A DNA stretch of 64,000 nucleotides from Dehalococcoidia bacterium (lineage in GTDB: Bacteria; Chloroflexota; Dehalococcoidia; DSTF01; JACRBR01): contig JBGQBE010000002.1 in assembly GCA_041494685.1 (NCBI GenBank), forward strand, positions 1 to 64,000, written 5' to 3'. Position 1 is the stretch's first letter; the number at the start of each line of letters is the position of its first letter. The notes under the pieces are model-generated. The model saw only the letters and a program-made list of their open reading frames with translations, did not search any database and was not told where the DNA came from. Position numbers and translations under genes: made by a program. Positions 49,141 through 60,206 of this stretch are shown here, piece after piece.

Positions 49141-50044
49141 CTAGTAGTAATCTAAGTCCTCAAGAGAGATTCTGTGCAGCTTGTATGAAGCCACTTCGGT
49201 GACGCCGACACCGAAGTCGATCCATCAGCTGAGCTAACTGTTCACCGTCGACAAGTACGATCCGCTTGCCTATGAGCCTCACGAACTCACGAGCATCGGC
49301 CGAGAACTGGGATGTCGTGATGATGACGCCTTTCGTAGCCCGCTTCGCTTCCAGGCTCCCGGCGAACGTTTGGAGCGTGGGACTTCCCACGGTCGCTTCC
49401 CACCTCTTCGCCTGTACATAAACGACGTCTAACCCAAGCTGATCCTGATCGATGATGCCGTCGATTCCTCCGTCGCCTGACCTCCCCACCCGACGGGCTG
49501 AACCGAACGATCCGCCATAACCCATCTTGACCAACAAGTCGACAACCAAGTCTTCGAAGAACTCCGGGCTCTGCGCCTTAACTTGCACGAGTAGCTCGGC
49601 GCGCAAACGAGCGGTCAGCGCGCCATGACTCACCTCCATTACTTCCTCGGGAGTACGTTCTGTCGGCGACTCGAGCGGGGCGACATTCTCGGGCGTGCTC
49701 GCCTTCATGAACTCCGCGTAGGCGGGGAAGTTCTCTCGCAAGTAAGCGGTCGTGATCCTCTCCGGAGGTGTGATTAGCGCGGACTTTCCGAGCTCGGTGA
49801 TACTCGTAGCGCCATCCGCGGAGCGGCTAACAAGCCCGGCTCGGTCCATATGGAAACGCGCCCATCCAACGCGGTTGGCGAATCTTGGTTGAGTGCCGCT
49901 GGGCAAGAGCTCGGTTCGCTGCTCTTGAGTCAGGCCAAGCCTGTCGGCCAGCTCCTGCACCGCGACCCGAAGTTGGCGCGGCTTACCGTCCGAGAGGAGT
50001 TTCAGCAAAGGAAGGGTGATGGACTGGAAATCCGGAACGGCCAC
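49141..50044 (-). pseudogene. mrr: Mrr type IV restriction endonuclease with an apparent +1 frameshift near the 3' end
   Basis: VPDFQ...LPSG...NRVGWA, FFEDLVVDLL, GDGGIDG, VQAKRW. Removing one base at about 49222 restores LMIDFGVGVTEVASYKLHRISLEDLDYY-stop at 49141. Confidence 0.8.
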
Positions 50045-50424
50045 GTTCCCCCTTTCGTTCGACGTTCTATCTATGCGCGCACGTTCGCGTGATTGCCCTT
50101 GCCATTCGAAAACAGTGCCGAGCGCCAACGCCAAACAGAAGACGACAGCCCAGCATCATATGAGCGAACTTTTTCTGGAGGCAAGTGTCCGGGCTAGGAA
50201 CTCCATCGGAGAGGCTTACCTGCAGTTCCGTTCCGGTCGGCGCCCGTAACGTCGGGCACGTCCGGCGTCACCACGATCTTGATCTCGGTCACCCCGAGCG
50301 CCATCGGGCCGCTCCGCCACGTGGAAGCGCGCCTGATGAATGGCGACACCGTGATCGCGACATACAACTTCGGCCCCTGCCAGGGGTGTAAGGTGGGACT
50401 CCGCGTGCCGACAGTCAGCCGCCG

Positions 50425-50622
50425 TCACCCGAGCGCGGCGCCGGACGGCGGGCGCTGCTCGTAGCCGGGGCAGTTGGTCACGGGGAGGCACGGGTATTTC
50501 GGATAGAGAGGGTCCTGCCGGGAGCGCGCGCAGAGCAGGAACTCGGAGCCGCGGGCTGACGGCACGCGGCGCGCGTGCAGGCACGACGGGCAGAGTCCGG
50601 TGTTCGGGTCGGGTGCGGTCAC
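50425..50622 (-). CDS. Small Cys-rich hypothetical protein
   Basis: GLCPSC...FLLC...KYPCLPVTNCPGY; directly downstream of the crotonase gene. Confidence 0.65.
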   Translation of the reverse strand: MTAPDPNTGLCPSCLHARRVPSARGSEFLLCARSRQDPLYPKYPCLPVTNCPGYEQRPPSGAALG

Positions 50623-50631
50623 GGCGAGGGC

Positions 50632-51369
50632 CTAACGTCCGGTGAAGCGCGGCGGGCGCTTCTGCAGGAAGGCGTCCACGCCCTCGGCGCGGTCGGCGGT
50701 GGTCTGCAGGATGATCGTCAGGTCCGTCTCGTAGCGGAGCGCCTGGTCCAGCGGCATGTCCAGCCCGCGCAGCACCGCCTCCTTCGCGTAGCGCACCGCC
50801 AGCGGCCCGCGCGACGCAATCGACGCCGCCAGCCGCCCGGCGACCGCCTGCGCCGCGGCGGCGTCCGCCTCCACAACGTTGACCAGCCCCCACGCCAGCG
50901 CCGTCGCCGCGTCGATGGCCTCGCCCAGGAGCAGCAGCTCCGCGGCGCGGGCGCGGCCGACCAGGCGAGGCAGGCGCTGCGTCGCGCCGGCGTGCGGCAT
51001 CGTGCCGGCGGGCATCGAGAAGCACGCGCCGGCGGCGGCGACCCGCACGTCACAGGCCAGCAGCAGCTCCAGGCCCGCGCCGGATGCCTCGCCGCCGAGG
51101 ACGGCGACTACGGGCTGGGCCATCAGCTCCAGGCAGCGGAACGCCAGGCGGCCGGGTGCGAGTGCGCGGTCGTCGGCCCAGGACCACGCGAACGCGCCGT
51201 CCGCCGACGTCAGCAGGACGGCGGTGACGGAGTCGTCATCGTGGAGCGCGGCGCACGCCCGCTCCAGCTCGTCAAGGAATGCCGGGTCAACGCGCCGGGA
51301 CGCAGGCCGCCGCAGCGTGAGGCTGGCGACGGCACCCGCTGTCGTGAGTTCGAGCGCCTGGAATCGCAT
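50632..51369 (-). CDS. Enoyl-CoA hydratase/isomerase family protein (degenerate)
   Basis: GAGLELLLACD, GATQRLPRLVG, EGVDAFLQKRPPRF. Confidence 0.88.
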   Translation of the reverse strand: MRFQALELTTAGAVASLTLRRPASRRVDPAFLDELERACAALHDDDSVTAVLLTSADGAFAWSWADDRALAPGRLAFRCLELMAQPVVAVLGGEASGAGLELLLACDVRVAAAGACFSMPAGTMPHAGATQRLPRLVGRARAAELLLLGEAIDAATALAWGLVNVVEADAAAAQAVAGRLAASIASRGPLAVRYAKEAVLRGLDMPLDQALRYETDLTIILQTTADRAEGVDAFLQKRPPRFTGR

Positions 51370-51529
51370 CGAGGCGATCATAGCAGAAGGCCGCGACGGA
51401 TCAGGCCGGACGGCACCTTCCCGCCGTGGCGAGCGGGCCACAGACTGGACGCGAGACGGAGGGGCAACGACGGCCGGTGCGATGATCCCTATCGACGGCG
51501 GGTTCATCGCACGCTAGAATAGGCATCCG

Positions 51530-52039
51530 ATGAAGATTCTTGCGACGTTCGACGGGTCCAGGTTCTCAGAGGCCATCTTGCCGCAGCTCCTGCTGATCGC
51601 TCGGCTGCCGGGCGCCGAGTTCACGCTGTTCGGCGTGGCCAGCGAGCACGGCGGCGTCCTGCGGGATCGCGGCACCCAGACCGGGGCCATCGGCGAGGCG
51701 TTCGGGGCGGTCGCGCCGGTGACGGTGAAGGGCATCGAGCCGAAGTGGGCGGAGAACCACGGACAGGCGATCGAGCGCCACCAGGCCGAGTTCGTCGATT
51801 ACCTGCACGGCATCCGGGCGCAGCTGCCGGCGGACGCGCAGGTCGAGATCGAGGTCGCGACGACGGACCACCCGTCGGAGGCGATCGTCCAGGCGGCGCG
51901 GGCGCGAGAGGTGGACGTCATCGTCATGGCCACGCACAGCCGCGCCAGCATCATCCACGTGTTCTTCGGCTCAACCACCGAGCAGGTCGTGCGCTCCGGC
52001 GTCGCGCCGGTGCTGCTGGTGCATCCCCCGAAGGACTGA
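51530..52039 (+). CDS. Universal stress protein
   Basis: KILATFDGS, DVIVMATHSR...FGSTTEQVV...PVLLV. Confidence 0.92.
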   Translation: MKILATFDGSRFSEAILPQLLLIARLPGAEFTLFGVASEHGGVLRDRGTQTGAIGEAFGAVAPVTVKGIEPKWAENHGQAIERHQAEFVDYLHGIRAQLPADAQVEIEVATTDHPSEAIVQAARAREVDVIVMATHSRASIIHVFFGSTTEQVVRSGVAPVLLVHPPKD

Positions 52040-52046
52040 TCCCCTC

Positions 52047-52424
52047 TCAGCGCCCGGTCGGCACGAACTTCCGCTCCGGCGACGAGAAGACGATGTACGC
52101 GCGCATGTCGGCGCCGCTGGTGTTCAGCAGCCGGTGCGGCACGCCCCGCGGCACGACGATCAGGTCGCCGGCGCGCAACGTCACGCGCTGATCGCCGAGC
52201 GTGTGCTCCACCTCGCCGTCCAGCACGTAGACGACCTCCTCGCAGTCCGGGTGCGTATGCTCGACGTTGCCCTTGCCCGCGGCGAACGTCGCCAGTCCAA
52301 CCGTCATCTCCGCGCCGGGCGGATCGCCCGCACGCGCGGCCCAGTGCACGCTGCCGAAGTCGGTGGCCTCGGCCGCCGCGCCGACGCCGCGCCGCACCTG
52401 CGTATCGATCGGTGGGACGTCCAT
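52047..52424 (-). CDS. Cupin domain protein
   Basis: HTHPDCEEVVYVLDG...GDLIVVPRGVPH. Confidence 0.9.
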   Translation of the reverse strand: MDVPPIDTQVRRGVGAAAEATDFGSVHWAARAGDPPGAEMTVGLATFAAGKGNVEHTHPDCEEVVYVLDGEVEHTLGDQRVTLRAGDLIVVPRGVPHRLLNTSGADMRAYIVFSSPERKFVPTGR

Positions 52425-52462
52425 GGGGTCAGATCCTCTCGCTCCCGGGTGGAAGGCCTCGC

Positions 52463-53947
52463 TCAAGCGCCGCGGCGCAGCAGGCGGCCGCTTCGCGCGT
52501 CGGTCTGCCGCCCCTGCTCGGCGGCCACGTCGCCGTTCACGATGACGTAGTCGATGCCGGCGGGGTACTGGCGCGGCTCCGCGTACGTGGCCACGTCGGC
52601 GATCGTCTCCGGGTCGAAGATGACGATGTCGGCGAAGCATCCCGCGCGCAGCACGCCGCGGTCCGCGAGGCGGTGCTTGCGCGCCGGCAGCGACGTCATC
52701 TTCCGCACCGCCTCCTCCAGCGTCAGCAGCGGCTGCTCGCGCACGTACTGCTGGATCGCGCGCGCCATCGTGCCGTAGAGGCGCGGGTGCGGCTTCCCTT
52801 CGGACGGCAGGCCGTCGGAGCCGAGCATGCTGTGCTCGTCGGCCAGGGCGCGGCGCACGTCGGCCTCCTCCATGATGAACATGATGACGGTGGGCGAGTT
52901 CTCCTCGTCGTGCAGGATCTTGCGGATCGCGTCCTCGATCGGCAGGTCGAGGTCCGACGCGATGTCGGAGATGTACCTGCCCTCGTACTTCTCGTGTTCG
53001 TATTTCACGCTGGCGATGATAGCCGGGAAGTGCTCGAACGCCGCGCCACGGCCGATGCGGAACATCGGGGCGAGGCCCGAGGACGACGCCACGTACGGGT
53101 AGACGTCCGCCGTTACGTCGACGCCGCGCGCACGGGCGTCCGCGAGCAGTCGCAACGCCTGGTCCATGATCCCGCTCGTATCGGGCACCCCTGCCACCTT
53201 CAGGTGAGAGATCTGGACGGGGCAGCCCGACTGCTCGCCGATGCTCACGGCCTCGGTGAGCGCTTCGAGCACACCGGCGCCCTCGTTGCGGATGTGGCTG
53301 GTGTAGATGCCGCCGTGCTTCGCAACGACCTTCGCCTGCTCCACGATCTCGAGCGTCTGGGCGTAGGTGCCGGGCACGTACACCAGCCCCGTGGACATGC
53401 CGATGGCACCGGCCCGCATCGCCTCGTCGACGAGCGCGTTCATCTCCGCGAGCTCGGACGCGCTGGGCGGCTCGCGCTTCAGGCCGACGACGTTGTAGCG
53501 CACGACGCCCTGCGGCACGTACGCCGCGACGTTGCACGCCGGGTGCGCCTCCTCGACCGCGGCGAAGTACTCCGCCGTGGTGCGCCACGGCAGCGCCGAG
53601 TCGCCGAGGATCGGCGCGAAGCCGACGGCGTAGAACTGGCGGAACGCGTCGTTCGCCGGGGCGACGCCGGCGCCGCAGTTGCCGATGACGTCGGTGGTGA
53701 CGCCCTGCATGATCTTGAAGTCCACGCGCGCATCGCGCACGACCGCCGCGTCGTCGTGCGTGTGCACGTCGATGAAGCCCGGCGCGACGGCGTGGCCGCC
53801 CGCGTCGATCTCGCGCGCGGCGCTGCCGCTGACGCGGCCGACCGTCTCGATGCGGCCGTCGCGCACCGCCAGGTCGCCGGCGACAGCGGGCGCGCCGGTA
53901 CCGTCGACGACGCTGCCGTTGCGGATGATCAGGTCGTAGTCGGGCAT
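52463..53947 (-). CDS. N-acyl-D-amino-acid deacylase family amidohydrolase
   Basis: PGFIDVHTH, GNCG, STGLVY.PG, SHIRNE, SHLK, DVYPY, GSDG, PHPRLYGT. Confidence 0.92.
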   Translation of the reverse strand: MPDYDLIIRNGSVVDGTGAPAVAGDLAVRDGRIETVGRVSGSAAREIDAGGHAVAPGFIDVHTHDDAAVVRDARVDFKIMQGVTTDVIGNCGAGVAPANDAFRQFYAVGFAPILGDSALPWRTTAEYFAAVEEAHPACNVAAYVPQGVVRYNVVGLKREPPSASELAEMNALVDEAMRAGAIGMSTGLVYVPGTYAQTLEIVEQAKVVAKHGGIYTSHIRNEGAGVLEALTEAVSIGEQSGCPVQISHLKVAGVPDTSGIMDQALRLLADARARGVDVTADVYPYVASSSGLAPMFRIGRGAAFEHFPAIIASVKYEHEKYEGRYISDIASDLDLPIEDAIRKILHDEENSPTVIMFIMEEADVRRALADEHSMLGSDGLPSEGKPHPRLYGTMARAIQQYVREQPLLTLEEAVRKMTSLPARKHRLADRGVLRAGCFADIVIFDPETIADVATYAEPRQYPAGIDYVIVNGDVAAEQGRQTDARSGRLLRRGA

Positions 53948-53956
53948 CTGCGCCTC

Positions 53957-54565
53957 CTATTGATGTGGAACTTCCGCCGACACAAACAGACAGTCGATGA
54001 CGTGCGCCGGCTCGTGCAGCACGCCGGGCTCGACGCGCACGCCCACGAAGCCCGCCGCCGCGAACAGTTCCGCGAGTTCGTCGGCCTGATAGTACGAATA
54101 GTGGGCGAGCGCCTCGCCGCTGATCTCCGAGAAGGTCGTGTCCTTCTCGCCGCTGCCGGCGAAGAACGACATCTCCAGCTCCGCCCCGGCGCGCAGGAGC
54201 GGCCGCAGCGACGCCAGGGTCGCCGCCAGGTCGCGCTTCGTGAGATGGATCAGGGCGAAGCACGAGATCGCCGCCGCGAACGTCTCTGCGCGGAACGGCA
54301 ACCAGCGCACGTCTCCCAGCACGAGGCCGGCGCGCGGGGCACGCTTGCGCGCCGCGGCGAGCATGCCGGGTGAGCTATCGATGCCGACGCCGTGCGCGAA
54401 CAGCGAAAGCTCGTAGCCGGCGCCGCAGGCCAGATCCAGCACGGGGCCATCGACGCCGGCGGCGAGGCGCTGGGCGCGCGGCCAGCCCGGGGAGTCGGCC
54501 TTCGGGCCGTACGCCTCTTCGAAGCGGTCGGCGATCAGCGCCCAGACATCGACGCGGGCGGACAC
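53957..54565 (-). CDS. Class I SAM-dependent methyltransferase
   Basis: VLDLACGAG, GIDSSPGML. Confidence 0.85.
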   Translation of the reverse strand: MSARVDVWALIADRFEEAYGPKADSPGWPRAQRLAAGVDGPVLDLACGAGYELSLFAHGVGIDSSPGMLAAARKRAPRAGLVLGDVRWLPFRAETFAAAISCFALIHLTKRDLAATLASLRPLLRAGAELEMSFFAGSGEKDTTFSEISGEALAHYSYYQADELAELFAAAGFVGVRVEPGVLHEPAHVIDCLFVSAEVPHQ

Positions 54566-54567
54566 GG

Positions 54568-55662
54568 CTACGCCAGCTCCACGGGCGAACCCGTGCGCGC
54601 CGACTCGTAGATCGCATCGACGACGCGGTGCGCCTCGACGGCGACGTCGAAGTTCAGCCAGCTCTGGCGGTCTTCGCTGACGGCCTTCAGGAACGTGTAG
54701 TCCTCCAGCAGGTACGCCTGGCCCAGGTCGTGCGGCAGCACCACCTGGCGCAGGCGCGCGTCGACGATGTTCGCGCTCTCGATGAAGCGGGCGATCACCT
54801 CATCCGACGCGATGTCGGTGCGGCCGCCCGCCGCGTTCGTCTCGCAGCGGATGGGGCCGGCGTAATCGTCGTCCTCCCAGCTGTACTGCGCGTTCTCGCA
54901 GACGACGTGCATGCGACGGCTGGAGCCGCGGTGCAGCAGGCCGTGCCAGATCGACGTGTGCGAGACGACCGCACCGTTCTCGAACTCGATCAGCGCGACG
55001 CTGACGTCCTCCACTCCGGGCTTCTCGAAGAAGTGACGCGTGACGCCGGTGACGCGCTTCACCCGCCCGAAGTACGAGAGCAGGATGTCCACGTCGTGGA
55101 TCGCGTGCTCCAGCAGCGTGCCGGCGCCGACCTTCGTGACGTCGCCGCGCCAGGTGCTGGCGTAGTGCCCCTGGATCGGGAAGAACTGGTCGTCCACCAT
55201 CGTGCAGGTCATGGCGCGGCCGGACTGCGGGTCGTTGATCAGATCCCTCGTGACGGCGATCACCGGGGCGAAGCGCATCACCAGGCCGACCTGGTGCGTG
55301 ACGCCGGCGCGCTTCGCCGCGTCACTCATGGCGCGGGCGTCGTCGGCGTTGAACGCCAGCGGCTTCTCGCAGAAGAGCGCCTTGCCGCGCTCGACGACCT
55401 TCCCCGCCAGCTCCCGGTGGTTGAACGTTGGCGTGCAGATGTAGACGGTGTTGATGTCCGGGTGGGCGATCAGCTCGTCCGGGTCGGCCGTGACGAAGCG
55501 GACTCCGGACGCCTGCGCGAACGACGCGCGCCGGCCGGCATCCTCCTCGGCCAGCCCAACCAGTTCGCCGTCGATCAGGCCGGACTTCACGCAGAAGTGC
55601 ACCGTCTTGCCGTGCGTCGTTCCCATGACGCCGCCACCGATGATCCCGACCTTCGGCCGCAT
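54568..55662 (-). CDS. Gfo/Idh/MocA oxidoreductase
   Basis: GIIGGGVMG, ICTP..H, FCEKP, EHAIHDVD. Confidence 0.9.
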   Translation of the reverse strand: MRPKVGIIGGGVMGTTHGKTVHFCVKSGLIDGELVGLAEEDAGRRASFAQASGVRFVTADPDELIAHPDINTVYICTPTFNHRELAGKVVERGKALFCEKPLAFNADDARAMSDAAKRAGVTHQVGLVMRFAPVIAVTRDLINDPQSGRAMTCTMVDDQFFPIQGHYASTWRGDVTKVGAGTLLEHAIHDVDILLSYFGRVKRVTGVTRHFFEKPGVEDVSVALIEFENGAVVSHTSIWHGLLHRGSSRRMHVVCENAQYSWEDDDYAGPIRCETNAAGGRTDIASDEVIARFIESANIVDARLRQVVLPHDLGQAYLLEDYTFLKAVSEDRQSWLNFDVAVEAHRVVDAIYESARTGSPVELA

Positions 55663-55839
55663 GTAGTCCGCCTCCTCGCTCAGGACGCAGCGTATAGCGC
55701 GGCGCAGGTACGGAGTAGCCGGGCGGCCGGAAGTCGGAAGTCGAGGGAGGAGGAGGGCGGCCAAGCCTGATTTGACCGGGGGCGGCGCAGGGCGGATGAT
55801 GCCTGCGTTCCCAACGATTCTAAGAGTGGAGGCTATGGA

Positions 55840-56793
55840 ATGAATCCCCTGCAACGCGGCATGAAGCTCCTGGCACTGGCATCGCTCTCGGTCGCTGTGC
55901 TGGCAGCCGTCGCCTGTGGCGGCGGCACGAGCAGCAGCGACAAGACGGCCACGGCCGCCGCCAAGGGCGGCGCAGGCACGCCCGCCGCCACCAAGGCGTC
56001 AGGCACGGCCGCGGCTACGGCCGGCGCGACGAAGATCGACATCACGGGCGTCGAGGAGTTGAAGGACGGCCAGCTCGACATCGGCTCCGACATCGCCTAC
56101 GCGCCGGTGGAGTTCATGGACGAGAAGACGAACCAGCCGGCCGGCGTGGACATCGACATCGCCGCGGCGCTGGCGGACGCGCTGGGCGTCAAGGTGAAGT
56201 TCAACAACGGCTCCTTCGACGGCCTGCTGCCGGCGCTGGACGCCAAGCGCTACGACGTGATCATGTCGGCCATGACGGCCAGCGACGAGCGGAAGAAGAC
56301 CGTGGACTTCGTCGAGTACCTCAACGCCGGCTCCGGCATGCTGGTGCTGAAGGGCAACCCGAAGAACGTGAAGACGGCCGATGACCTCTGCGGGCTGACC
56401 GTGGCCGCGGAAGAGGGCACCGTGCAGGTGGACTTCATCGTCGGGGCGGCTGACGCGCCAGGCGGGCAGGACAAGAAGTGCAAGGACGCCGGCAAGCCGG
56501 GCATCACGCTCCGCAAGTTCGGCACCGACCCGGAGGCCGTGCAGGCGCTGATCGCGGGCCAAGCGGATGTGGAGATGGCCGACTACCCGGTCGCGGCGTA
56601 CTCGGCGACCCAGAGCGCCGGCAAGACCGAGGTGCTGGAGAACCAGATCGAGCCGGGCCACTACGGCATCGCGATCCGCAAGACCAGCACGGCGCTGCGC
56701 GACGCGCTGCAAAAGGCGTTCAACGCCATCAAGGCGAACGGCAAGTACGACGAGATCCTGAAGAAGTGGAATCTCGTCGCGGCCAAGATCTGA
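55840..56793 (+). CDS. Polar amino-acid ABC transporter substrate-binding lipoprotein
   Basis: Lipobox AVAC; GSDIAYAPVEF, GVDIDI, FDGLLPAL, YDEILKKW. Confidence 0.92.
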   Translation: MNPLQRGMKLLALASLSVAVLAAVACGGGTSSSDKTATAAAKGGAGTPAATKASGTAAATAGATKIDITGVEELKDGQLDIGSDIAYAPVEFMDEKTNQPAGVDIDIAAALADALGVKVKFNNGSFDGLLPALDAKRYDVIMSAMTASDERKKTVDFVEYLNAGSGMLVLKGNPKNVKTADDLCGLTVAAEEGTVQVDFIVGAADAPGGQDKKCKDAGKPGITLRKFGTDPEAVQALIAGQADVEMADYPVAAYSATQSAGKTEVLENQIEPGHYGIAIRKTSTALRDALQKAFNAIKANGKYDEILKKWNLVAAKI

Positions 56794-56814
56794 CCAGGCG
56801 CGCGGCCTGACACA

Positions 56815-56848
56815 GCCGGGGAGCCCTTGATCGTTGGGGCTCCCCGGC
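56815..56848 (+). repeat. Intercistronic hairpin after the binding-protein gene
   Basis: Perfect 12-bp inverted repeat GCCGGGGAGCCC/GGGCTCCCCGGC. Confidence 0.7.
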
Positions 56849-56857
56849 GCATCTACC

Positions 56858-57672
56858 ATGCTCGACCCCACGCACCTGCTCCTGAGCTTTGATCCCGGCC
56901 TGGTCCGCGAGTACCTGTTCAAGGACATCGTGGTGCGGGCGGCGTTGCGCACGCTCTGGATCTCGGTGCTGGCGCAGGCGGCGGGCATCGCCCTGGGCGT
57001 GCTCGCCGCGGTGTCTCGCAACCTGCGCATCCCCGTCGCGAGCCACCTGTCGAGCCTGTACGTGTGGTTCTTCCGCGGCACGCCGCTGCTGCTGCAGCTC
57101 CTCTTCTGGTTCGCGGCGGTGCCGCTGATCGCGCCGGACGACTTCGGCTGGTGGATCTTCCAGTTCCACCACGACTGGTTCCTCTTCTCACCGTTCGAGG
57201 CGGCCGTCATCGGCCTCTCGATCAACGAGGGCGCGTACATGGCCGAAATCGTGCGCGCCGGCATCGAGTCGATCGAGCGCGGACAGATGGACGCGGCGAA
57301 GGCGCTGGGCATGACGAACCTGCAAGCGATGCGGCTGGTCATCCTGCCGCAGGCGATGCGGGTGATCGTGCCCCCGACCGGCAACGAATTCATCTCGATG
57401 CTCAAGAACTCGTCGCTGGCGTCGGTGATCTCCTACCCGGAGCTGCTCTTCGTGGTGCGCGGCCAGTACGCGCGCAACTACAAAGTGATGGAGCTGATCA
57501 CCGTCGCCGGCATCTGGTACCTCTTCTTCACGTCGATCTTCAGCGTGCTACAGGCGGAACTGGAGGCGCGCCTGCGGCCGGAGCAGGAGCGACAGGGTCT
57601 GCGCGCGATCCTGGCGCGGGCGATCAGCCCGCCGGGCGAATGGACCGGCAGCATCGGCCGGAGCGACCGGCG

Positions 57673-57676
<4 letters not shown>
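56858..57676 (+). CDS. Amino-acid ABC permease
   Basis: [33 protein letters not shown]-like loop. Confidence 0.93.
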
Positions 57677-58437
<761 letters not shown>

Positions 58438-58484
58438 GAGCGCGTCGTTCCAGCCTCCCTCCTACGTCGAGCCCGGTCTCCCGG

Positions 58485-59246
58485 TCACATGGTGCCCAGC
58501 AGCCCGTAGCCGCCATCGACAAGCAGCGTCTGGCCGATGATCATCGATGCCGCGGGCGACGCGAGGAATGCGACGGCGTCGGCGACGTCTTCGGGGTGGA
58601 CGTGGCGGCCGGCCGGGACCTTCGTCTCGTAATCGCCCACCATATCCTGGTCCAGCATCTTCACGCCGTCAGTGCCTTCGACGAGGCCCGCGGACACCGC
58701 GTTGACGCGGATGCCGCGCGGCGCCAGCTCCACCGCCAGGTAGATCGTCAGCGACTCCAGCGCGCCCTTGGAGACGGCGACCGGAGCGTACTTGGGCAGG
58801 TAGCGGTCGGAGCCGGGAGACATGAGGTTGATGATCGCGCCGCCCGCGCCCATGTACTTCATCACGGCCTGCGCCGCGAACCACGGGCCGAAGACGTTGA
58901 CGTCCATCGTGTGCTTCAGATGCTTGGGCAACGAATCGATCGCCGCGCGCGGCCGCTCCAGTCCGCGGGCGGCGCTGTTCACCAGGATGTCGATGCGCCC
59001 GAAGTGCTCGCCGGCGGCCTTCACCATCTCGAACACGGAGTCGCGGTCGCCCACGTCGCACTGGTACGCCTCGGCGCGCACGCCGAGCGCCCGCAGCTCC
59101 GCCACCGCCGCTTCCGCGTGCTCGCGGCTGCGCGAGTAGTTGATCGCCACGTCCGCGCCCTGGCCCGCGAGCTTCATCGCGATCGCCTTGCCGATTCCGC
59201 GCGTGCCGCCGGTCACGAGGGCGACCTTGCCGCTGAATATCGCCAT
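58485..59246 (-). CDS. SDR oxidoreductase, FabL-like enoyl reductase
   Basis: TGGTRGIG; Y-x6-K motif YAPVAVSK as in FabL. Confidence 0.8.
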   Translation of the reverse strand: MAIFSGKVALVTGGTRGIGKAIAMKLAGQGADVAINYSRSREHAEAAVAELRALGVRAEAYQCDVGDRDSVFEMVKAAGEHFGRIDILVNSAARGLERPRAAIDSLPKHLKHTMDVNVFGPWFAAQAVMKYMGAGGAIINLMSPGSDRYLPKYAPVAVSKGALESLTIYLAVELAPRGIRVNAVSAGLVEGTDGVKMLDQDMVGDYETKVPAGRHVHPEDVADAVAFLASPAASMIIGQTLLVDGGYGLLGTM

Positions 59247-59309
59247 TGGACCCCCTTCCGTCCGCCCAGACTGTAGCGATTCCGGCCCGCCAGCGCCTAT
59301 GCTCCACCC

Positions 59310-60059
59310 ATGGGACTACAGCGACGGGTCGCACTGGTCACGGGAGCAGGCGGCGAGGGGATGGGCCGCAGCATCGCGCTGACGCTGGCGCGCGACGGCG
59401 CGGACGTCGTGCTGAACTACCATCGCAAGGCGGAGCGCGTGGCCGAAACGGCCGCCGCCATCGTGGTGATGGGCCGTCGCGCGCTGACGCTCGCCGCCGA
59501 TATCGGCGACGCGGACGCCGTGGCGGCGATGGCGGCGGAGGCGGAGCGAGCGCTGGGGCCGATCGACGTACTGGTGAACAGCGCCGGCGGCCCGTGGAGG
59601 CCGCAGGACGTGACCGAGATCGAGCCGGCGCACCTGCGCGCCGTCATGGCGCGGGAGATCGAGAGCGTGTATTACCTGCTGCGCGCCGTGCTGCCCGGCA
59701 TGCGTGCGCGCGGCTGGGGGCGCATCGTCAGCATCGGCGGCCACATGGCCGACGACTGGCGGTTCGGGCCGCCGGAGGCGCCGCTAGACTACCCACTGGG
59801 CAAGGCGGCGCGGCACTGGCTGACGCGCACGCTGGCGCCGCGCGAGTTCGCGCACGGCATCACGATCAACGCCGTCGCGCCGGGCCCGACGCGGCGCGTG
59901 ACGCTGGACGCGGCTCTGGCAGCCCTGCGCGGCGGGCGCGCGGCCGGTGACGGCAACACGCCGCAGGACGTCGCCGACGTCGTCTCGTTCCTGTGCGGCG
60001 AAGAGGCGGCGCGCGTGACCGGGGCGGTCATCCCCGTGCCCGGCGCGACGCCGGTGTAG
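59310..60059 (+). CDS. SDR oxidoreductase
   Basis: ALVTGAGG.GMG, NSAG, YPLGK, NAVAPG. Confidence 0.85.
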   Translation: MGLQRRVALVTGAGGEGMGRSIALTLARDGADVVLNYHRKAERVAETAAAIVVMGRRALTLAADIGDADAVAAMAAEAERALGPIDVLVNSAGGPWRPQDVTEIEPAHLRAVMAREIESVYYLLRAVLPGMRARGWGRIVSIGGHMADDWRFGPPEAPLDYPLGKAARHWLTRTLAPREFAHGITINAVAPGPTRRVTLDAALAALRGGRAAGDGNTPQDVADVVSFLCGEEAARVTGAVIPVPGATPV

Positions 60060-60206
60060 CGTTCAGCTTCGCTCCCGTCGCCATATTCCGTCCCGCAGCG
60101 CCCGGCGATACCATATGCACCACATCCTCAACCGCGATCGACCGCAGCAACCCGCCCGCCGCCGCGCCGTAGCGCGGGGCGATGCACCCACGGAGGTCCC
60201 CGCACC

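Noticed and set aside
50160..50464. Short plus-strand ORFs upstream of mrr
   Set aside because: No motifs or clear RBS. They may be a gene remnant but cannot be supported.
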